64,000 bases of DNA from a virus (Duplodnaviria > Caudoviricetes). The stretch is from the IMG/VR virus record IMGVR_UViG_3300028591_000082; one strand, written 5' to 3'. Within the stretch, counting starts at the first letter, position 1. Every line of letters begins with the position of its first letter. Below, in pieces: positions 58,946 to 64,000 of this stretch. The position numbers and the translations under genes were made by a program. The notes beneath the pieces are model-generated. The model searched no databases and had not been told where the DNA came from. It worked only from the letters and a program-made list of their open reading frames with translations.

Positions 58946-59929
58946 CTACATAGATTTTAAAACTTTTTCAAAATATTTTAAAAGTTTACTATTATCAATT
59001 CCTTCTGCTTTTGTTTCTTTTAAATATTTTGTCATTCCAACACTAACACTTTCTGTAGAAGATATTGTATGAACTCCAACATCTTGTGGAGTTTCTTCTT
59101 TTATAAATTCTGGTTCTACAGAAATACAGCCTTTAGAATACATTATGTCTCTAAGTTTTACAAAATTTTCAACTTTTTTAGATATTCTGATTGTTATCAT
59201 TTTATTAGAAAAATCTAAATCTTCATTAAATTGCTCTGCGTTTATTATCATATATTTTGGAGCATCTTCGTATCTTACAAGTTCATAAGTTGCTGGTCTA
59301 TCTGGCTCAGCATAGACCACGCAGAAATAATTTTCTTTACCCATTTCATCTTTTCGTGTTTCGTATGGAGAACCAATAAAAAGCATATTTTTTCCTTCTT
59401 GCTTTTTGTGTAAATGCCCAGAAACTACAAGTTCATAATTTTCAAATAAATCTTCTGTAAAAAGAGAACCTTCAACTTTTTTCTTGGCATTAAAATAATA
59501 ACCCTCTACTTCAAGATGTCCAAATAAAATTCTTCCTTCGTTTGGAATATCAGATACATCTTCTGTGTAAGCTAAGAAATCACAAGGAACTCCATCTATA
59601 TCTATTGTTTGAGATTTTTTAATAAAAGTTGAGAATGCACAGAATGTTTCTGCAAGACAATCATTATCATTTGACATTATATCATGATTGCCTGGAAAAA
59701 CATAAAGATGAAATTCTTTGCTCATTTCAAATAATTTCATAAATACAGGAACAAATGCCTGATTTTTTATTGAATTTGCTGTGTCGAAAATATCACCACC
59801 AAAAATAATATTTGGAATATTATGTTCTCTACAATATTCTTGCAAATAATCTAAGAAGTTTAGTCCTTCCATAATTCTTATATTATTTTTTGCCGTGAAA
59901 TGTAAATCACTACAAAATGCTGCTTTCAT
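58946..59929 (-). CDS. gp47: Recombination nuclease, gp47/SbcD/Mre11-like
   Basis: SDLH, GGDIFD, PGNHD, SGHLH and IGSP motifs. Confidence 0.95.
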   Translation of the reverse strand: MKAAFCSDLHFTAKNNIRIMEGLNFLDYLQEYCREHNIPNIIFGGDIFDTANSIKNQAFVPVFMKLFEMSKEFHLYVFPGNHDIMSNDNDCLAETFCAFSTFIKKSQTIDIDGVPCDFLAYTEDVSDIPNEGRILFGHLEVEGYYFNAKKKVEGSLFTEDLFENYELVVSGHLHKKQEGKNMLFIGSPYETRKDEMGKENYFCVVYAEPDRPATYELVRYEDAPKYMIINAEQFNEDLDFSNKMITIRISKKVENFVKLRDIMYSKGCISVEPEFIKEETPQDVGVHTISSTESVSVGMTKYLKETKAEGIDNSKLLKYFEKVLKSM

Positions 59930-59935
59930 AAATAT

Positions 59936-59964
59936 ATTATACCTATTGTTTTTATTAATGTCAA
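59936..59964 (-). promoter_or_regulatory. sigma70-type promoter, near-leaderless gp47
   Basis: TTGACA-N17-TATAAT, with the -10 box 6 nt from the ATG. Confidence 0.85.
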
Positions 59965-60018
59965 GAAAAAAAGAAGCATTGAAAAATATACTCTGATGTT
60001 CTAATCTAGAGTTAACTA

Positions 60019-60085
60019 TGATAGGAAACTATCAAACTCCTTTTTCTTTTTTCTTTTCTTGGGTGGTAGAAATACCACCCTTTTT
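60019..60085 (+). ncRNA. Candidate small RNA (two GAAA-capped hairpins flanking a CUCCUU-containing pyrimidine tract)
   Basis: Orphan plus-strand terminator with no plus-strand gene upstream. Confidence 0.4.
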
Positions 60086-60087
60086 AT

Positions 60088-60306
60088 TTAGATTTCTCCA
60101 TCATAAAAATAATCTTTATCATTTAACCAGTCTGGTTCTTCATTTAAAATTTTCTGAAATTCTTTTTCAGCTTTATCTGAATCATCTCTCCAGTCTGGTA
60201 AAGAATTCAAAACATCTGATGGTGGATCTATATAAACATCATTTTTTTCATCATAAGCCCACCACTGTTTTGTATTAAAACCAAGTACTGCCAAATATCT
60301 AGCCAT
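60088..60306 (-). CDS. Small acidic hypothetical protein
   Basis: GGAGG SD before MARYL. Confidence 0.6.
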   Translation of the reverse strand: MARYLAVLGFNTKQWWAYDEKNDVYIDPPSDVLNSLPDWRDDSDKAEKEFQKILNEEPDWLNDKDYFYDGEI

Positions 60307-60314
60307 TATTCCTC

Positions 60315-60953
60315 CTATATCCAATCTATTGTTGGTAAACCGTTAAATCCTTTTTGCCAAACAAACCAACAATAACATACTGCAGAACTTCCTCCAATAT
60401 CTTCATCATTTTTTAAACATTTTTGTCTTTCTGAGAAAACCCATACAAATTTTGGTGGATACTTTTTAAACATATTTTTTCTTGCTTTTCCCTCTAAGAA
60501 TTGGATTTTTAAAAGCATAATACAATATTCATTATCATCTAATAATTCCATACTATGCTCAACAAAATCTTTTGCAAGACTATATGGTGGATTTGTAATA
60601 ATTGATTTGGTTTCTTCTTTTGGAAGTTCTTCTTTAGTTAAAGTTAAAAAATCTTGAATATTTGTTCTTTCAAAACCTCTATCAACTATATCATAAGCAA
60701 GAAATTTATTATATTTTTCACCACATCCACGTTTAAAAAATGCTTTAAGAATATTTCCACTGCCTACTGCAGGCTCAATTAGTATATTATCTTCTATTGA
60801 TATATTGTTTTCTTCAAGTTTATCAATAAGAGCAGTTACAGTACTTTCTTGTGTTGAATAAAAATCTTCAGATTGCCTATCTCCATCTGAATGATTTGAG
60901 GCACCTAATGTTGTATAAATACTTTTGACATTTCCAGTCCAATCTTTAGCCAT
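60315..60953 (-). CDS. DNA adenine methyltransferase, small phage type
   Basis: DFYST, LIEPAVGSG, DFL, IITNPPY, FLEG..R and WFVW motifs. Confidence 0.88.
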   Translation of the reverse strand: MAKDWTGNVKSIYTTLGASNHSDGDRQSEDFYSTQESTVTALIDKLEENNISIEDNILIEPAVGSGNILKAFFKRGCGEKYNKFLAYDIVDRGFERTNIQDFLTLTKEELPKEETKSIITNPPYSLAKDFVEHSMELLDDNEYCIMLLKIQFLEGKARKNMFKKYPPKFVWVFSERQKCLKNDEDIGGSSAVCYCWFVWQKGFNGLPTIDWI

Positions 60954-60974
60954 TTATTTCCTCCACATATTTTA

Positions 60975-61003
60975 ATTATATATTTAAATAAAAATTAAGT
61001 CAA
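60975..61003 (-). promoter_or_regulatory. sigma70-type promoter
   Basis: TTGACT-N17-TATAAT on the minus strand. Confidence 0.85.
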
Positions 61004-61004
61004 C

Positions 61005-61193
61005 CTAGAAAGAAAAAAGAAAACTTTTTCTTTCTAGCTAATTTTTTATAATTAGTATGTTTAATGGCGGTCAAAAATGTCTTTTTAAAGGACAAATTTG
61101 TCTTCCGAATGGACATTTTTGACCATAAAAAATTTTAATATTTTTACTTGACAAAAATCATGTCACAAAAAATATACAATTTTTGTGACATGA
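61005..61193. repeat. Cluster of inverted repeats in a divergent intergenic region
   Basis: 13-bp arms at 61005/61025, 13-bp arms at 61069/61112 enclosing the palindrome GACAAATTTGTC, and 14-bp arms at 61158/61180. Confidence 0.85.
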
Positions 61194-61236
61194 AAAAAAT
61201 ATGATTTAGAAAGTTAATAATATTAAGGAGAATAAT

Positions 61237-61680
61237 ATGGATATTAATGCTGTATTAACTGCTGAAAAACCAGAGGCTAACCAAATAGCAAAGAAAATAA
61301 ATTTCAGATCTGCTGTTGTAGATATCAAAAGCAGACTTTCAGATTACCCAAAAGAAATTACAAATAGAATTAATTGGATTGTAAGAGATACAATTCTTGC
61401 AACAGACTATTGTGGACCAACAAGAACACCAAAATTCTCTCCAGAAGAACAAAAGGAGCTCATTAAGGTTCTTGCAAGTGCACTTAAGGATTTACCAAAA
61501 GAAATTGAAAATTCAATTAATGAATATATTGGAATTATCGGAGCGGAAAAAACAAATGCTTCTGACGAAACTTCTGAAGGAGATCAGGCATCTGCTAGTG
61601 ATGAAGCTAGTGGAGAAGGTGATGGAGGAGAAGCTTCTGTAAATACTTCTGTACCAACACAGAAAGTATTTAATTACTAA
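61237..61680 (+). CDS. Late hypothetical protein ending in VFNY
   Basis: AAGTTAA at 61211, AGGAG SD, and a low-complexity acidic linker before the terminal motif. Confidence 0.6.
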   Translation: MDINAVLTAEKPEANQIAKKINFRSAVVDIKSRLSDYPKEITNRINWIVRDTILATDYCGPTRTPKFSPEEQKELIKVLASALKDLPKEIENSINEYIGIIGAEKTNASDETSEGDQASASDEASGEGDGGEASVNTSVPTQKVFNY

Positions 61681-61690
61681 GGAGAAATTT

Positions 61691-62164
61691 ATGACATTTG
61701 AACAGGCAACTATTTTAGCAGAAGCTAGTAAGTATAAGCCTTATTACAACGGACATAAAGAAGATCCAAATAAGAATGGTCATAGAGCAGATCAGGGAAA
61801 GCATAAGAATTATTACAATCACGATTCTTATTATAAACATCTTTATGATGTAGATGAAAGAGACCCAGATTATGACTGGCACAGAGAAGTTCTTGTTTCA
61901 AGAATTGCAAATAGACTTCTTGAAGAAACAGGATATGCTCCAGAAAGAAAGAGAATTCGTGAGTATCTTGTTGAAAAAAGAAAGCATCCAGGTGCTGCTC
62001 TTAGAAGAAAACACTCTTCTATGAAGCCAGAACAGTTTTATGCAATGATGACAGAAATGGCTGTTAGGCACTTTACTAAGAATTCTACAAATAAGAAATA
62101 TGGAAGTAGAAGAGCTAGAGAGGCGGATACATTTACTAACAAGGATACAAAGAAAAGTAAATAA
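61691..62164 (+). CDS. Basic putative internal head protein
   Basis: MTFEQATILAE/A cleavage-like N-terminus; His/Lys/Arg-rich. Confidence 0.5.
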   Translation: MTFEQATILAEASKYKPYYNGHKEDPNKNGHRADQGKHKNYYNHDSYYKHLYDVDERDPDYDWHREVLVSRIANRLLEETGYAPERKRIREYLVEKRKHPGAALRRKHSSMKPEQFYAMMTEMAVRHFTKNSTNKKYGSRRAREADTFTNKDTKKSK

Positions 62165-62177
62165 TAAAAAGTAAATC

Positions 62178-62205
62178 AAGCCAGTTAGAAATAACTGGCT
62201 TTTTT
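62178..62205 (+). terminator. Rho-independent terminator
   Basis: AAGCCAGTTA-gaaa-TAACTGGCTTTTTT. Confidence 0.85.
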
Positions 62206-62244
62206 ATTGACTTGAAAAAAATAATTTGATATATAAATAATATT

Positions 62245-63636
62245 ATGAAAATAAGGCTTACCGATAGAGTATGTATACTTAATTTTAAAAACTCATTTGA
62301 AGAAAAATCTATAAATAAATTTCTTACATATAAAGATACATCTTTATGTTTTTCTCGTGGTGGGTATGACCCAATGAAAGAAAAGATGGTTCATTTTTTA
62401 AAAGAATCTCAAAAGGCTCCTGGAAACTTTGTATGCTTTGCTGGATTTTGTAAAGAGATAATGGTTTTCTCTAAAGAAAATGGAATAGAAATAGAAGATT
62501 TTGAAGACCAAAGAACTCATTTTGATTTCCAAGATAAGCCTTGGGAACACGATGAATTAAGAGAATTATTTGATCCAAATTTTAAATATGTAGAGCATCA
62601 GATAAGAACACTTCAAGCAATGCAAAAAACAAATACAGCACTTTGTGTTCTTCCAACTTCTGCTGGTAAATCATATATAATGGCAGCATTTATGAAAAAA
62701 ACTGGGCTTAAAACTTTGATACTTAATGATAGAGCAACGCTTGCTATGCAGCTTGCAGAAGATTTTAATAAATATGGGCTTGATTGTGGATGGTGTTGCG
62801 GTAAGGGCAGAAAAGAAGGATATAATATGGTATCAACAATTCAGTCTGTAAAAAAGATACCAGATTTAAATTTATATGATTGTGTAATAATTGATGAGTG
62901 CCATCGTGCAAGTGCAGCAACATTCCAAGAGTTTTTATCTGCTTTCGGATGCCCACTTAAATATGGTTTCTCGGCTTCTCCGAATAATGGTAATTATTTG
63001 AATTATGCAAAAATAAGACAGTTTCTTGGTTCTCCTTGTATAGATGTTGGATCAGAAGAGCTTGTAGAAAATGAAGTAATGGCAAAGCCAGTAATAAAAT
63101 TAGTAGAAGTAAATTGTATGGAAACATTTGATTATGTTTCAGCATATGATTCTGAACTTGTTCATAATAGTCAAAGAAATAATATAATAGCAGAAATAGC
63201 AAACTCATATGAAGATGGTGTTGCAATTCTTGTAACACATCTTGATCACGGAAAAATACTTGAGGAAATGATTCCAGATTCTGTATTTATAAGAGGAGAA
63301 ACATCTCTTAGTGAAAGAATGAGAATATTAAAAGAATTTAATGAAGGAAAAATAAAAAGAATTATAGGTTCAAATATTTTAAATGAAGGAATTTCTATTA
63401 CAAATATGAAAGTACTTATAATGGCAAGTGGAAATAAAGGTCTTGCACAAACTACACAAAAAATTGGTCGTGTTCTTAGAATTTCAAAAGACAAAAAAGA
63501 AGGAATATTTTATGACTTTATTGATAAAGGAAATAAATATCTTTTAAAACATTCAAAACTGAGAATTTCTATTTATAGAAAAAATGGATTTAATGATATT
63601 ACTTTATATAATTCAGATCTTACTCCAAAAGCTTGA
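62245..63636 (+). CDS. uvsW: SF2 helicase, UvsW-like
   Basis: LPTSAGKS, IIDECH, SASP, NEGISI and QKIGRVLR motifs; TTGACT-N17-TATATA upstream. Confidence 0.9.
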   Translation: MKIRLTDRVCILNFKNSFEEKSINKFLTYKDTSLCFSRGGYDPMKEKMVHFLKESQKAPGNFVCFAGFCKEIMVFSKENGIEIEDFEDQRTHFDFQDKPWEHDELRELFDPNFKYVEHQIRTLQAMQKTNTALCVLPTSAGKSYIMAAFMKKTGLKTLILNDRATLAMQLAEDFNKYGLDCGWCCGKGRKEGYNMVSTIQSVKKIPDLNLYDCVIIDECHRASAATFQEFLSAFGCPLKYGFSASPNNGNYLNYAKIRQFLGSPCIDVGSEELVENEVMAKPVIKLVEVNCMETFDYVSAYDSELVHNSQRNNIIAEIANSYEDGVAILVTHLDHGKILEEMIPDSVFIRGETSLSERMRILKEFNEGKIKRIIGSNILNEGISITNMKVLIMASGNKGLAQTTQKIGRVLRISKDKKEGIFYDFIDKGNKYLLKHSKLRISIYRKNGFNDITLYNSDLTPKA

Positions 63637-63660
63637 CAAATATTTTTAAGTTTTTATAAT
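63633..63660 (+). promoter_or_regulatory. sigma70-type promoter
   Basis: TTGACA-N16-TATAAT. Confidence 0.75.
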
Positions 63661-63682
63661 AATTAAAATTTCGGAGGAAATA

Positions 63683-63988
63683 ATGGTAGAATATGTCTAT
63701 TTACCAATAGAAGATAAAGATGAAAAAGAAAGGCTTGCAAAAATAGTAGAAACAACAATATCAGTTTTTAAGAAATGTGATTTTGTTAATCCAAAAGGTC
63801 AAACGATAGCTTATGCTTCTAAGTTTGAAGTACTTGGAAGTGGTTTGAGTTTTGAACTAAACGATCCAATAATGGATAATGATACTATAAAAAGAGGTGT
63901 TGCACAAGATTATAAAATAGAACCTTTTATAAAAAACGTAAAAAATAAGCCAAAAGAAATGGAAAGAATAACAGAGATAGTTATTTAA
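63683..63988 (+). CDS. Hypothetical protein
   Basis: GGAGG SD and its own promoter. Confidence 0.6.
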   Translation: MVEYVYLPIEDKDEKERLAKIVETTISVFKKCDFVNPKGQTIAYASKFEVLGSGLSFELNDPIMDNDTIKRGVAQDYKIEPFIKNVKNKPKEMERITEIVI

Positions 63989-64000
63989 AAAAGTTAATTC

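Noticed and set aside
60018-60278. 86-aa plus-strand ORF
   Set aside because: It runs through a terminator and antisense to a gene with a good SD, and its composition is implausible.
455-63494. Numerous short antisense and alternate-frame ORFs in the track
   Set aside because: They are shadows of long AT-rich genes, Phe/Ile/Ser-rich and without SD or motifs.
1-64000. Alternative genetic code (stop-codon reassignment, as in some gut jumbo phages)
   Set aside because: Long genes are intact in code 11, and TAG ends genes at sensible positions (7814, 28303, 44797). The single internal TAA near 51720 is isolated.
1-64000. tRNA, rRNA, introns, inteins or homing endonucleases
   Set aside because: None recognised by eye. 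Intergenic gaps are short and core genes look uninterrupted; a tRNAscan/Infernal run would be needed to exclude them.

Overview
The whole window is part of a large, AT-rich, T4-like (contractile-tail) phage genome read in the standard genetic code. Positions 1-25.4 kb hold baseplate and tail genes (gp26/gp51-, gp25-, gp6-like, a very large gp7/P2-I-like protein, and a long fibre with a C-terminal S74 chaperone). Positions 25.4-30.8 kb hold candidate internal head proteins, a gp22-like scaffold and the gp23 major capsid protein. Positions 30.9-45.6 kb are a roughly 20-gene array of modular appendage proteins built from recurring N-terminal modules, with two GT2 glycosyltransferases and a UDP-sugar dehydrogenase embedded in it. 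Positions 45.6-47.3 kb are a cassette of three Cys-rich genes arranged around a perfect 41-bp palindrome and bracketed by 47-bp inverted repeats. Positions 48.5-64 kb are mostly sigma70-driven accessory and DNA-metabolism genes: a spirochete-type flagellin that keeps a sigma28 promoter and a CsrA-type SD hairpin, PTH2, lipoproteins, two DNA methyltransferases, dUTPase, gp46/gp47 and UvsW. The flagellin and lipobox style point to a Treponema-like host (inference). The strongest leads are the intact regulated flagellin, the Cys-rich palindrome cassette, the glycosylation-linked appendage array, a poly-G switch in a fibre-associated gene, a late-promoter motif AAGTTAA with leaderless genes, a shared C-terminal FNY motif and a candidate anti-SD small RNA. 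All homology calls come from motif recognition by eye; no database search was run.
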